A DNA stretch of 63,962 nucleotides, filler included, from Sanchytrium tribonematis (Eukaryota): the NCBI GenBank assembly GCA_018985235.1. It is 6 parts of 6 records of this genome, joined end to end, with 100 filler letters (N's around TTAATTAATTAA, not from the genome) between each part and the next. Parts side by side here need not be neighbours in the genome. Positions count along the whole stretch, not along the records: positions 43,955 to 54,782 come from JADGIG010000279.1; positions 54,883 to 63,962 come from JADGIG010000342.1; 4 more parts are not named here. One strand, written 5' to 3'. Below the pieces are notes generated by a model. It did no database searches and had not been told where the DNA came from. It worked only from the letters and a program-made list of their open reading frames with translations. Of the stretch, positions 45,376 through 56,996 are shown one piece after another. Each line of letters begins with the position of its first letter. Positions within the stretch are counted from its first letter, which is position 1. A program made the translations under genes and the position numbers.

Positions 45376-47871
45376 ATGGTCTCTCAAACATCGGACATTT
45401 TATTGCTAGTAGCAGGCTGTTATTTCGCGATTAAATCAGGGTATGATATCATAAAAGACAATAGAAACCATTCTTCACTATTTTTATTGTGTTTATTGAT
45501 CCCAGTGTGCTTATTACTTATCATCAATATTTCTACCATGTTCAATATCCAATATTTCTGGTCGGAATTGGCTTTATTGTATGTCATATTTGGATTATTC
45601 ATATATTATTCCATTTACTACACGTGTTCGCGCACTAGTTTGTTGATTAAAGCATTAATTGGATTCTTATGTGTTTTTCATATTTCTGGATTTATTGTGA
45701 GTGTCTTGCCACCATTAAGTGGATTACAACCTTATTTAGAATATGTTTATGAGGTTGGGTGCTCGGTATTATTGGAATTGATGGTATTGGTGATTACAAC
45801 TTCACGATTGAGATTGTTTATTGAGCAAAAATCCATTTCTAGTCGATATAGGAGTACTGTATTGTCTTTATTTGTAGTCGTCATACTCAGATTATTCATT
45901 TTGACTCTATATTTCTTGTATAAATTGGATGCATCAACCATCATCACAAATGGTGGATTTTTAGTAGAAAGTTTAACTTGTTTATTGACCACCATCATGG
46001 CAAATCAACTAATCAGAGTATTAAGAACATTATCGCGCGTATTATCACAGGAACAAATGATTAAAAAGAGTCTATTACGAGGGGGAATTGGAACAGATAA
46101 AAATGTGCGAGTGAGGGAATCTACAGTTGATGATAAACGCATCAAGAATGACAAGGAGAGATTACGACAAGAAGAAATTAAAGAATCCTTCAAACACAGA
46201 TCTCAAATCGTCAAATCAGAACCAGAATTAATTGAAGATAAATTAAAATCACCCATAAAAAGACACAGAGACAGCGAATCTGGTTCAGATAAAAAGATAA
46301 ATAGAGATCATTCAGATAAAAAGATCAATAAAGAAGGTTCTGATAAGAAATTGAATAGAGATGAATCTGATATTAAAACACCCACTTCACCGGATGGACC
46401 AAAAAGATTACAAGGACAAACACGTAATTTTGACAAGTATTTTCGTGATTCCGAGACTACAGATGATGTACCCGTGAGTCCAAATGTAAAAACACCTAGA
46501 AAGAAGATGGAATTTTCCAATGATTTCGAAAATTCAGCTAGTTTGGATGATTTCGATAAATCACGATCTAGGGATCTACAAGCTGATTCACCACCTAGAA
46601 CACCAGTTAAAGATACTGGTAAACGGCCATCTCCATTAAAAGAACAAGTGATCCCAAATGGATCTAGTTCTCCAGTCTCTCCTAAAAAAGAAACTCAGCG
46701 TGAATCTTCCAGAGAATCCTCTAAAGAAAAAGAATTAACCAAGAAACAACCAGAGAGATCACCTGAGAAACAAAAGAAACCAGATTTAAATAGAGATACT
46801 TCTCAAAATTCAAATATTTCTGATCGATCCCGTGTTTCGACTAAAACAGATCAATCTGTAGAAGAACAAACCAATAAACGCGTGGGTGAGTCACTTAAAT
46901 CTGTATCTGTATTAAATAACCATGAATCCCAATCTGATCTCAAAACAAATGTCAGAAAAGTCAGAAGTGTGGTTTCTGTTGCTATTGATGATAAATCCCC
47001 TTTGGACAACAAACAGAAATCAGCAACACCTACTACGACTGATAAACAAGAACGACCTAAAGATAAGCCCAAACCTCAACCATCTAAAGTAGATGTGATG
47101 AAACCAATTGAACCCACCACTCCAATTTTACAAAATCCGCCCACATCTGGCAAAAGACCCAAATCTAAAGTAGAAATAGTCAAAATAGATGGCTCTAGAC
47201 AAGAATTAAATGATTTATCACAAGAGAAACTCAATGAAACACGCGATAAACCATCAAATGTCAGAAAAGAAGTCCAATCTGTCGTAGCCCCAGGTAGTGC
47301 ATTATCACCAACAGAAAGGAAGAAATTAAATGCAAATATTACACCACTAGTCATTCCTGTGAGCAACAAATCAAATATTGAGAAATCCCCAAAAATGACC
47401 AATAAGGAAAGAAGAAGCTCAAAAGAAGCCAAATCAGAAAATCACTCCAGTACAGACTCATTAGAAGAAGCATTAAATGAGTTCAATGTGGATAGAAGAC
47501 GCAGTTCTATGGAAAGAGAGAAAATACGAATTTCAGCAGCAACGACGCCAACCCCAACTTCTGCAGCAAAAGATAAGAGACAATCACTGCCAGAACCTAA
47601 ATTAGAAAGAAAAAAGAGTATTTCTAATTCGGATAGTGATAATAAAATAGCAAGAAGTACTTCTTTAGAGGGCAGATCACGATCCAATTCAAATGGGGAT
47701 CGCCATGGTCCACCATTGCCAAAGGGAGGCGTCATTAACATGCAAAGACGTGTGACTAGTGAAAAAGAGTTGCCAATTAATAAAATAGACCCAAAAAGAC
47801 TGTCAATTGTCAAAGAACGTGCAATTTCAGATGAAGATTTACATACATTGAGGCGTAAAAACTACAAATAA
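45376..47871 (+). CDS. 7TM (GPCR-like) protein with a disordered C-terminal tail of about 600 aa
   Basis: Seven hydrophobic segments in the first about 220 aa, then S/P/K/R/E-rich low-complexity sequence. Confidence 0.75.
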   Translation: MVSQTSDILLLVAGCYFAIKSGYDIIKDNRNHSSLFLLCLLIPVCLLLIINISTMFNIQYFWSELALLYVIFGLFIYYSIYYTCSRTSLLIKALIGFLCVFHISGFIVSVLPPLSGLQPYLEYVYEVGCSVLLELMVLVITTSRLRLFIEQKSISSRYRSTVLSLFVVVILRLFILTLYFLYKLDASTIITNGGFLVESLTCLLTTIMANQLIRVLRTLSRVLSQEQMIKKSLLRGGIGTDKNVRVRESTVDDKRIKNDKERLRQEEIKESFKHRSQIVKSEPELIEDKLKSPIKRHRDSESGSDKKINRDHSDKKINKEGSDKKLNRDESDIKTPTSPDGPKRLQGQTRNFDKYFRDSETTDDVPVSPNVKTPRKKMEFSNDFENSASLDDFDKSRSRDLQADSPPRTPVKDTGKRPSPLKEQVIPNGSSSPVSPKKETQRESSRESSKEKELTKKQPERSPEKQKKPDLNRDTSQNSNISDRSRVSTKTDQSVEEQTNKRVGESLKSVSVLNNHESQSDLKTNVRKVRSVVSVAIDDKSPLDNKQKSATPTTTDKQERPKDKPKPQPSKVDVMKPIEPTTPILQNPPTSGKRPKSKVEIVKIDGSRQELNDLSQEKLNETRDKPSNVRKEVQSVVAPGSALSPTERKKLNANITPLVIPVSNKSNIEKSPKMTNKERRSSKEAKSENHSSTDSLEEALNEFNVDRRRSSMEREKIRISAATTPTPTSAAKDKRQSLPEPKLERKKSISNSDSDNKIARSTSLEGRSRSNSNGDRHGPPLPKGGVINMQRRVTSEKELPINKIDPKRLSIVKERAISDEDLHTLRRKNYK

Positions 47872-48031
47872 TAAAGTATAAATTTACCAATTTATGGACA
47901 ATTTACCATCTCGGTAAACGTGCTACAACGTCCATCGATTCGATTGGATTTCTGCCACTTTGGTAATTTACCAAGCACCAATCAAATAACAGTATCCATG
48001 TTTTTGAACCGAGACCATCCCGATCTGTAAA

Positions 48032-48277
48032 ATGTACCAACTCCAATACAAACACTTATCAGATAGTCAAACAGTCCATAAAATTGTACAATTAACCAGA
48101 AATAAACAAACACTTGAATTACGCAAACGAGTGCTAGCAAGACAAATGCTTGGATTTATACAATCTAAATACCCTGCTGATTTCATGTTAGCAGTATACC
48201 CTCAATTAACCAATGAAGAGCATTTGAAAATGTTATTACGCACTTCTAGTGCTCTCACAATAGAAAATAAATTTTGA
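48032..48277 (+). CDS. Small hypothetical protein
   Basis: 81-aa ATG ORF with CCC and CCAAT upstream. Confidence 0.5.
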   Translation: MYQLQYKHLSDSQTVHKIVQLTRNKQTLELRKRVLARQMLGFIQSKYPADFMLAVYPQLTNEEHLKMLLRTSSALTIENKF

Positions 48278-48374
48278 TATCCCCATTTTCGAGTACATCA
48301 GATCTGTAAATAGCAGACTGTCCAATCATATAATAGATTGTCGGTACATATGTCTACGCTCTCCATCGTCATGA

Positions 48375-48812
48375 ATGAATCACATGAGTCACATGAATCA
48401 CAATCAAATGAAATCTTCCAAACAATCGTTGAATCAAAATGAACCAACTGCAGACCCAATCTCATCTCCAATGGGTTCCATGGGTGCAATGGGTACTTCA
48501 TTCAACTTTAATATATCCAATTTCTCCATTTTATTTGAGAATTGGCAAATCAATTCCATCCCCCAATTCATTGGCTCATTATTTCTATTATTCTTAATTT
48601 CATTTGCATCCGAATCATTAATACGCTATAAACCATCTCAAAATAGATATTTAAAAGCCATTCGTCTCACGATTCGATCTTTTATTAGTGCCTTGTTGAT
48701 GTTGGCCATGATGACATTTAATGGATTTATTATTTTAAGTATTGTTTGTGGATCTGGATTAGCGTATTTCATATTCCCAATGCAAGAGACAGATATGGTG
48801 ATTTGCGCATGA
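48375..48812 (+). CDS. CTR: Ctr-family copper transporter
   Basis: Met/His-rich N-terminus, ILFENW, MLAMM (MxxxM) followed by TFNG, GSGLA. Confidence 0.92.
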   Translation: MNHMSHMNHNQMKSSKQSLNQNEPTADPISSPMGSMGAMGTSFNFNISNFSILFENWQINSIPQFIGSLFLLFLISFASESLIRYKPSQNRYLKAIRLTIRSFISALLMLAMMTFNGFIILSIVCGSGLAYFIFPMQETDMVICA

Positions 48813-48832
48813 CTAGATGACAAGAAGAGGTA

Positions 48833-49561
48833 CTAGCGACGATTCGGCAATTTGACTCTCCTATTAGGAACAGGATGGTGTTGCGGGACTGGAGTAAATT
48901 GAAGCACTCCTGTTGGTACTTCTGGAAATTCAATTGGTACTTCTGGAAATTCAATTGGTACTTCACTAGGAATATCAGATAGTTCTACTAGTATTACTCG
49001 CTCAAATTTAAGTAAATCAGCAGAACCACCACCATGAAAGCCACCGTGACGTTTTTGTGCCTTCAAATATGCTTTGCAATTTCGCAGATACCTTTGATAC
49101 AACTCGACCTTTAAATTTTTCCTCTCTTCCAAAGCCGTGCGTTGGCCATTTATGGCCAATTTGTAACCATTTTGATCAAGTAATCTGGCTTCATTACGAT
49201 ATCTCGCATTCCAAAGCGTGTTTATCTCATTGTACATTAATTTTAGAAGACCGTATATTTCTCTGGATTTGTTTAATTCTTCATTGGATAATAAATTGGG
49301 ACATTTCAATTCGCTATGCAATTGCATAATTTCCTGATGCAAACGAATCAACTTGGGATACATTTCCGTATTTAGATACTCCATATTCTCAAAAAATATG
49401 GTATTTTGATCAGTTGTCGGATGATTGAGTGGATTATTTTCTATTACTCGATATTCTGGCATATTTTTAATCTCATTGCGAATTTTCTCAATATCTATTG
49501 ACTTTTGTTTTACTTGTTCAAATGTGATTGCAAATACAGCAAATATTATTATGATCATCAT
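48833..49561 (-). CDS. Secreted helical protein with C-terminal EVPIEFP repeats
   Basis: Signal peptide; 21-nt tandem repeat at about 48913-48965. Confidence 0.75.
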   Translation of the reverse strand: MMIIIIFAVFAITFEQVKQKSIDIEKIRNEIKNMPEYRVIENNPLNHPTTDQNTIFFENMEYLNTEMYPKLIRLHQEIMQLHSELKCPNLLSNEELNKSREIYGLLKLMYNEINTLWNARYRNEARLLDQNGYKLAINGQRTALEERKNLKVELYQRYLRNCKAYLKAQKRHGGFHGGGSADLLKFERVILVELSDIPSEVPIEFPEVPIEFPEVPTGVLQFTPVPQHHPVPNRRVKLPNRR

Positions 49562-49646
49562 TTCACGGGGTTACTATTGAAATCCAATCAATTGTTGTTT
49601 GTGTAACGAATAGAGACAATTTTTGATCACAAATAATCTCCTTGAA

Positions 49647-50627
49647 ATGTTATGGATTTCATTCGTATTTGCCATCCAATATCGGACACCAAAGGAATTA
49701 TTGAATGAATTAGAGAGTGGAGAAAATTTTGAAGATGTATGCAGTGATCCAAATAGACAGCAAATTGATGCGGATTATAAGAAATTATTTGATGACGAAT
49801 TGAACAATGTTGTTGGACGCGAAATTGCGTTTCAGACAAGCGAGACTAAGAAGCCTAAACTGATTTTTAATCCTGTAATTTGGTCCAAAACTTTGAGTAT
49901 TTTGTGTCGCATCGATGAAAATATTTTCCGCTCTTATGATATTATAGTGAAAGTCATGTTTTATTATCAAATGGCTTTAGAAAATGCTTTGATAATTTGG
50001 TATGTTGGTGAAAGAGTAAGAACTGAAAGTAAACTACGAAAAGAAATATCAAATTTACGAATAGGTGTCAAGTCAATTGTTGTTGATATTCATAAAATTT
50101 TACAAAAGCTGACAAATCTAGATATTGTATCAGATTTAATAAGCTTGTTCATTCGTATTTATGATGTACCAAATAACAAGCTTCCTCAGACTTCTTATGA
50201 CTTGGATTCGTTGAAAATTGAGAATGATGATAATGAGGTGCCTGTCGAGTTGCAAATATTTGGAACAGACCTAATGCTATCTTTTTCACTTTATTTTAAC
50301 GGTGTAGCTGTAGAGCTTTCGGATGGTTACTCGAAGTTGTTTATGGAAAAGTTTTACACTTTGTACAATAAGATATTGTATAGTGATACTTTGGAGCGAA
50401 TCCAAATTAAAGATAAAATTAAGAAATTGTGGCAGATTGTATTTGATAACTTGTATTACATAGTCAAGAAGAACTTTGCCTTGAAAAAAAAATCGCTTGG
50501 CTTTCTCCAGAAATTTAAAGAAGTCATTAAAAAGGATGGAATGAGAGGGCAATCGATTGCAACATTTAAAAAAATCAATCAATTGAAATTAGAGGCTACA
50601 CTTCCAGAAATGCCAGATGTCGATTGA
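49647..50627 (+). CDS. Secreted helical hypothetical protein
   Basis: Short signal MLWISFVFA; long ORF. Confidence 0.75.
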   Translation: MLWISFVFAIQYRTPKELLNELESGENFEDVCSDPNRQQIDADYKKLFDDELNNVVGREIAFQTSETKKPKLIFNPVIWSKTLSILCRIDENIFRSYDIIVKVMFYYQMALENALIIWYVGERVRTESKLRKEISNLRIGVKSIVVDIHKILQKLTNLDIVSDLISLFIRIYDVPNNKLPQTSYDLDSLKIENDDNEVPVELQIFGTDLMLSFSLYFNGVAVELSDGYSKLFMEKFYTLYNKILYSDTLERIQIKDKIKKLWQIVFDNLYYIVKKNFALKKKSLGFLQKFKEVIKKDGMRGQSIATFKKINQLKLEATLPEMPDVD

Positions 50628-50755
50628 ATAAATTAAAAGTTCTTTATACGTGTATTGCAAATCACATCATTTTATGACCACGTGTCGACATTTCCCCCCA
50701 AAATCACCTAATATCGCGCAACAACACATCTCAAAGTCAATACCCCACATCACAC

Positions 50756-51928
50756 ATGTTATACGCACTCGTTCCATTTCTCTTTTTAGCAACTGTGTTG
50801 ATTGAATGGAATCCCATCAAATCCATCAAAATGATAAAATCAAATATTTGCCAAATGAGAGATGCCAGTCGATTCACATTGGGATTTGTAGCCAATACGA
50901 ATCAGAATCATCCTGAATTACAGGCTATAGAACAGAAAATGCATGATTTGGCCACACATGCGAATCCATGTCATGCGCATTTATGGGATGAAATGGTGCA
51001 ATCATTGCTGGTATTGAGTCATCAATATCATGGTACTAAAGCACAAATCAGACAGAATTTATTGACGGATACGTTGAGTCAAATTAATCAAATTTATCAA
51101 TTTGAGTGGATCCCACAATTTCATGAAAATGTATTTGAAAAACTACAAAATTCAAAGAAATCATTACTTATTTTCAATCATATAGGTGCCAATGATTTCC
51201 AAGTAGCCATGCAATTACTCAATCATGTCAATCGACTAAATCAAATGAGATTCATCACATTACAATTTTTTGAAGATTTTGCACCAATTCCAAAATTCAA
51301 GAAATTCAGATTAAAATTCAAAAATGCATTGATGTTATTAGATGCACTATTAATTGACAAAGATCCAATGAAAACCAAGCAGAATTTTGATGGTTATGTC
51401 AAACAACATGAAAATGAAAATATTGCTATTATTTTATTCCCTGAGGGTGATTTACTCAATCAGGACACATATGAGATAGATCCACACAAGAATCAAGAAT
51501 TGGCATCCAAATTAAATCGTGATAAATATGAAAATATGAATTTTCCACGATCTGGTGGCATTCAACGCATTTTAGATGGATTTCCAGATATGGATGTATT
51601 TGATATTACCAACATGTATGTAAATCATAAAAATGATGTCGGGAATGCATCTCAAGGTCGATTTATGGGTGATCAATATTCTGTAGTAAATGTGGCATTA
51701 AGAGGCAAATATCCCAAAAGAATTCACTCGTATATTCGACAAATTGATAATCCACGTCATTTAAATAATATGGATACTGCAGCATATAGAACATGGGCTG
51801 TAGATTTATGGGATCAAAAGAATCAAAAATTAGGGGAAATGTCACAAAAATATCAAAGTAATGTCGTAGTAGAGAATATAGATGAACTAGAGAGTGATTT
51901 AGTGAATGAGCATAATAAATTGAATTGA
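50756..51928 (+). CDS. PlsC/AGPAT-family lysophospholipid acyltransferase
   Basis: NHIGAND (HX4D), LFPEG, FPRSGG, VFDIT. Confidence 0.85.
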   Translation: MLYALVPFLFLATVLIEWNPIKSIKMIKSNICQMRDASRFTLGFVANTNQNHPELQAIEQKMHDLATHANPCHAHLWDEMVQSLLVLSHQYHGTKAQIRQNLLTDTLSQINQIYQFEWIPQFHENVFEKLQNSKKSLLIFNHIGANDFQVAMQLLNHVNRLNQMRFITLQFFEDFAPIPKFKKFRLKFKNALMLLDALLIDKDPMKTKQNFDGYVKQHENENIAIILFPEGDLLNQDTYEIDPHKNQELASKLNRDKYENMNFPRSGGIQRILDGFPDMDVFDITNMYVNHKNDVGNASQGRFMGDQYSVVNVALRGKYPKRIHSYIRQIDNPRHLNNMDTAAYRTWAVDLWDQKNQKLGEMSQKYQSNVVVENIDELESDLVNEHNKLN

Positions 51929-52023
51929 ATATGAATTTATTGCACATTTCAAATCACGCTGATTACCCCTAACACATAATCAATGGAAGATAATCAGAAA
52001 TAGATAACCCCGTGCGACATCCC

Positions 52024-53121
52024 ATGTATTTCTTTTCCATTCTATTGTTGATTATCCCAAACGTGAATGCGATGAATCTATTTCATCAAAGTTGCCAGCT
52101 GGCGAATCGCGTACTTTTTGTGACAAGTCTCATTTTCTATAGTATGACGGCAATTGAAAAACCTACCGAAGTAGCCGCATTGAATGAGCTTTCAAATAAT
52201 TGTCAAGTCCAGATTGTAGAACAACCCAGGATAACACAATTAATCAATATGGTGACGAGTGGTTATAGTGGCACATTACAACACATTCGAAGTGATTTTT
52301 ACAAACATGTGTTGTATTTATCTGACAAAAATTTTAAATTCGATTTTTTTCCTTCAAATATTCGACATTCTCAATTGAAAACATCCACAAAATCATTAAT
52401 CATTCTCAATCACGTTGGTGCTAATGACTTCCAAGTAGCCATGAAAATATTGAAGAAGGTGGGACGATTAGATCAAATGCGATTTGTGACATTGAAAGGT
52501 TTCGAAAGTTTTCAACCATTTCCTAAAACCCCATTTGCAAGTGGCATTACACTGCATTTTAAGAAAATGATGAGAATTATTGATGCGCTACCTGTCGATA
52601 CGAAGAATCCAAATAAAAATGAGAAAATATTTAGTGATTACGCCGAGCAACACAAAAATGAGAATATCGCACTCGTATTATTTCCAGAAGGTGGATTGTT
52701 GTCTAGTAGTATGTATAAAAGTAGCAATGATATTTACAAGAAAAAGCCTGAAAATCGACCACAACAAATGTACAAGAATTTGAATCTTCCAAAAGCCAAG
52801 GCATTGCAATACATTTTAAAAGGATTTCCTGGTATTGATATTTTTGATGTGACTACCATGTATATTAAAAATGGTGAAATGGGAGATCCATCTCAAGTTA
52901 AATTCATGGGGGATCAATTTTCGATGATAAATATGATTTTAAATGGAAACAAGCCAGATCAAATACATGCATATGTCAGAAAGATTGATAATCCAGATGA
53001 AAATGATGATTATCAATTGTGGATTAATCAGCTATGGAGCGACAAAGATGATATTCTGTCTGAAATGTTTCAAAGTTATAAAGTAAAACACAACAAGCAA
53101 GTACTAGAATTAAATGAATAA
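52024..53121 (+). CDS. PlsC/AGPAT-family acyltransferase, tandem paralog
   Basis: NHVGAND, LFPEG, LPKAKA, IFDVT, shared FMGDQ block. Confidence 0.85.
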   Translation: MYFFSILLLIIPNVNAMNLFHQSCQLANRVLFVTSLIFYSMTAIEKPTEVAALNELSNNCQVQIVEQPRITQLINMVTSGYSGTLQHIRSDFYKHVLYLSDKNFKFDFFPSNIRHSQLKTSTKSLIILNHVGANDFQVAMKILKKVGRLDQMRFVTLKGFESFQPFPKTPFASGITLHFKKMMRIIDALPVDTKNPNKNEKIFSDYAEQHKNENIALVLFPEGGLLSSSMYKSSNDIYKKKPENRPQQMYKNLNLPKAKALQYILKGFPGIDIFDVTTMYIKNGEMGDPSQVKFMGDQFSMINMILNGNKPDQIHAYVRKIDNPDENDDYQLWINQLWSDKDDILSEMFQSYKVKHNKQVLELNE

Positions 53122-53134
53122 AATGCATTTCTAT

Positions 53135-54782
53135 TTACTCTAATATATCATATAATTCAATAATGGCTCTATACAAATAACAATCCATATCTTCATCTCT
53201 TAAATATTTCATTGCAAATTCATGTCCATTTTTAGCAATTTGTTCACTTATTGGATCATTTAAATGATAATATAATACTTTAGATGGCAAATCATTGGCA
53301 CCAGATGGATGATTGAATGGATCTGATGGATTTGAAGGGTCAAAAGTGAATGAATTCCATTTAATTTGATGATTGAATAATTGATGTTTAAAATCATCAT
53401 CTAGAGCATCTAAATGGATAGGGGAATAGCCGAGATCAATGGGAATATAATGATAAAATGGGATTATTTCATCATTAAACCAATCTTGTGCATAATGAGC
53501 TGCAAAAATGAGGGAATTACCGCGTAATAATCTTAAAAATCGACCAGAATAGCCATTTCCATCAATATCTAGAATCATTTTATAGTCGAAAAAGGATTCA
53601 AATGGCAATTTAGGGGTCATTTCGTAATATTGTTTGGCTTGTGCTTGATATTGGATGGCCATTTCTATGGGATCAGTAAATTTTATATTCATTAATAATG
53701 GATAATCAGCAGCATGATTGACAATGCGTTGTCTATGGGACCAAAACCAGATAAATTGGTGGACATTTTGACTAGAAGACACTTTAAATTGATTTTTATT
53801 ACAAATGACATCACAAACATGATCTGGCATGAAATAGGGATCTACTGGTTGATAAAATGGACTACCAGATGTGGTACCACGCCATATTAATTGAGATTTC
53901 TTTGATTTCCAATTTGGATATTCATGATTTACCATATTTAATCGTGCAAAATCATAGTGGTAGACACTTGGGATGATAATATCAGATGTACAATCTTCAT
54001 AATTACCCCAACTTAGTATGGGTAATTGCTGGGTGGTTTGGAATTCAGCAGGGTGATTTAAAAATAAACCATATCCTTGAAACAAGGAATCTTTGTATTC
54101 ATTTGGAGTACAGTGCTTCTCATGTATTGATTTTAATGACATTTCTTTTGAGGAATCAGATGTGGATTGAACAATTTTACCCACATGTTTGGATTGAGTG
54201 AATTTATTCATTTTATTGGATAAATGTTCTTTCAATACAATTGGCTGAGCATGAGTATTGATAATAAATGTCATTTCAGGTAATAGTTCTTTTAAACGTC
54301 TAAATACTTTGAGATATCCTTTAGACTGATCATTGCGCAAATCTATTGTCAAATAATTGTCTTTAATTTGGATGGTGGTCAGTTGTGTGTTGTTTTTTTG
54401 AAAGAATTGGACTAATTTAAGTAGAGCATCTTTATAATTGGCTTTAGATTGTTTAAATGGCTTCAATTGGCTATTTAATTGGTCATATCTATTGATTCTA
54501 CATTTATTTGATTTTGCAAATAAATACCAATCTTTGAATAATGAGGGTGGTTTACCATAATGTGAGTCATAATATGCCACTGCTTCTTCATATGTAGTAG
54601 CATCTTTCATATTCATATATTTAGTGCGTATAATACAATCAGTGAAATGTTTCTGATCTTGTTTGTTTAGAAATAATTTGAAGGGATAATGACAGAATGG
54701 GTGATTTATTGGAGATTCCAAGTATATTTGGGTTGATTTATACACTGGAATGTCAAATGAGGGTTCAACATGTACGCGTTTA
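53135..54782 (-). CDS. GT90 (CAP10/Cxt1-like) glycosyltransferase; 5' cut by contig end
   Basis: YGKPPSLFKDWY, LIWRGTTSG, HRQR, YKMILDIDGNGYSGRFLRLL, HYIP, LRDEDMDCY. Confidence 0.9.
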
Positions 54783-54882
54783 NNNNNNNNNNNNNNNNNN
54801 NNNNNNNNNNNNNNNNNNNNNNNNNNTTAATTAATTAANNNNNNNNNNNNNNNNNNNNNNNNNNNNNNNNNNNNNNNNNNNN
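54783..54882. other. Artificial contig spacer
   Basis: N44-TTAATTAATTAA-N44. Confidence 0.97.
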
Positions 54883-55138
54883 TTTGATAATCAGTTGCGG
54901 TACTTGTTTTTGATATAAGTTGTAACTGAAACGATTGTTCATTGGCAATTGTCACACCACTAATACAATCAAGCTTAATTTTTAATTTAAAAATTCTGGG
55001 AAATATTTAAAATATCAGACAATACTAATATTAATATATCAGTTTCTAGATAATATCTAGTATTTGATGTCTTAACTAGTTATGCCATCAGATGTTGTAA
55101 CCTTATTATATATCTCTTCAATATTTTAACAATATTTT

Positions 55139-56153
55139 TTAAAAACCTTCAATTACAGAAAACATGTAGAAAATTGGTAAATGATCTAAGAAAAGTAAAC
55201 TTTCAATCATTTCAAATAATGGAAACAACAATTCCTGTATTCTTTCTAGCAACTCCAAATCCAGATCATGAATTACTTCCTTATCATTTTTAATACAATA
55301 AGATTGAATGGTTGCTCTATGCTGCAAAAAGTACGCAATAATATTGTATATACTACCCCACCTTGTAGCAAAAAACTTGGGTAAAGACGTGTCAGTGAAT
55401 TGAAACATTGAGAAATATCAGAAATTTCACGAATAGAGTGCTCTATATCAATAATGTAATCGAATAAATGCTAATTTAATATGTTTTACCTTTTCACGCT
55501 CAACCACGTGCATTATAATCAACGATAATTTATAAAACAAACAAAAATTGCCACCTGTTCGAAGCAGTTACATTGCTTTTTCATTTTCACTAGCATGGTC
55601 GAGACAAATAGATGTGCACATTCCCACAGGCAATTGACTATACTTCTCATATAATTTAATCACTCCTAAATGGTCAAGTTGTTTATCCAAAGTCACAAAA
55701 TCTACCATCAGTCTGGTATAAATGTATTCATTGCTAACATGATGTATAAATACTGAGCAATATGAAGCCTTGCCTCTACTTTTACTCCAAGAGTCAAATG
55801 ATAACCCAAAAAAGCCATCATTTTTGGGCATCAGCATATTAATTCGCCTTGGAAATCCTCATTTGGTATTTTGTAGGCCGTTGATGCGCATGGAACCTCT
55901 ATATTTAGTAAATCAAATATTTGCTTAACCTGTGGAAGTCGAAATAATCTCTCTGGATACCCTGTAGAATATGGTAATAAACATAAAAGCTGGTGTACTT
56001 CTTTTTCAATTGGAGGTGAAACAATGTAATTGGTTATTTTGCTACTACTTGTCTCTGTCGTTTGGTGTGAGTTATAATGATGTAGCAAGTTGGATGGTGC
56101 GTTTGAATGTACCAACTGTTTGTCACAAATCTCACAATGAAATGGTTGTAACC
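55139..56153 (-). mobile_element. hAT transposase remnant
   Basis: BED finger CEICDKQLVHSNAPSNLLHHYNSH, GLSFDSWS, ICLDHASE, ATRWGSIY. Confidence 0.8.
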
Positions 56154-56996
56154 TTATTCTGATCCAGTATGAGCACTTGCTTGATCACAAACTAACAATC
56201 CAAAAATATATAATCCATGTATTTCTTTAATAATTCTTGAGTAACCCAACCTTTTTTCGTATAACCGACAATCTTGTTTAATTGTGTTAATCTTTGGAGC
56301 TAAAATTGTTGGATGTACAATTAATGGAATGATTTTTTCAAGATTTTTCTCACTGCACACATTACTGTAACATTTCTCTTTTCACTAAAACCAGCAAAGA
56401 TTGGAATTTGATTTGCTCCTGTGGTTGCTAATGTTCTTTTAGTTCCCACATCCATCCAAATTGCAGTTTCATCTGCAAATACAATCTGATCACTCTAATA
56501 TAGAGCTGATTTACTATTAACTTGTAGAATTTGCTTTGCTACTGATTCAATCAAGTATTGATCATCTTTTTTAACTAATTGTGTTGCTGATCTAGGTACG
56601 AGATTGTTTCGTTTTAACATCCCATCATACCAATTTCTAGACGCTCTAAATGTTCCATCATTAAATGCTTCAAAATTTTGTTTTTCAATCCATTTATATA
56701 TTCTATCGTAACTAATGATTGATTTGCATAACATTAAAAATTTGATTCTTATATCTTCAATGGATCCAAAATACATACTGTGCCCAATTGATACCATTTT
56801 ACGACTGTTTCTACCTCGATATGTAAATATTTTTATCAGCGTTTTTTCTCTAATCTCTAATTGTTTTCGTATCAACTTTGTTCTCTTTTGCAAGCTTTAT
56901 AATACTAATTAAACCTTTTACTAATTGTAATAAAGCTTAACTTTTATGTTTGATCATTAAAGATTGTATTTTACGTGGATGATTTCCATTTGTCAT
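56154..56996 (-). mobile_element. pogo/Tigger-like (CENP-B, DDE_1) transposase remnant
   Basis: FRASRNWYDGMLKRNNL, IVFADETAIW, LLVCDQASAH. Confidence 0.8.

Noticed and set aside
45420..47813. Series of antisense ORFs within the 7TM gene, and similar shadow ORFs elsewhere
   Set aside because: By-products of codon bias on the coding strand; no independent features.
1080..54782. GT69 and GT90 genes as a capsule-type cluster
   Set aside because: They lie on different unlinked contigs, and both families are common in fungi.
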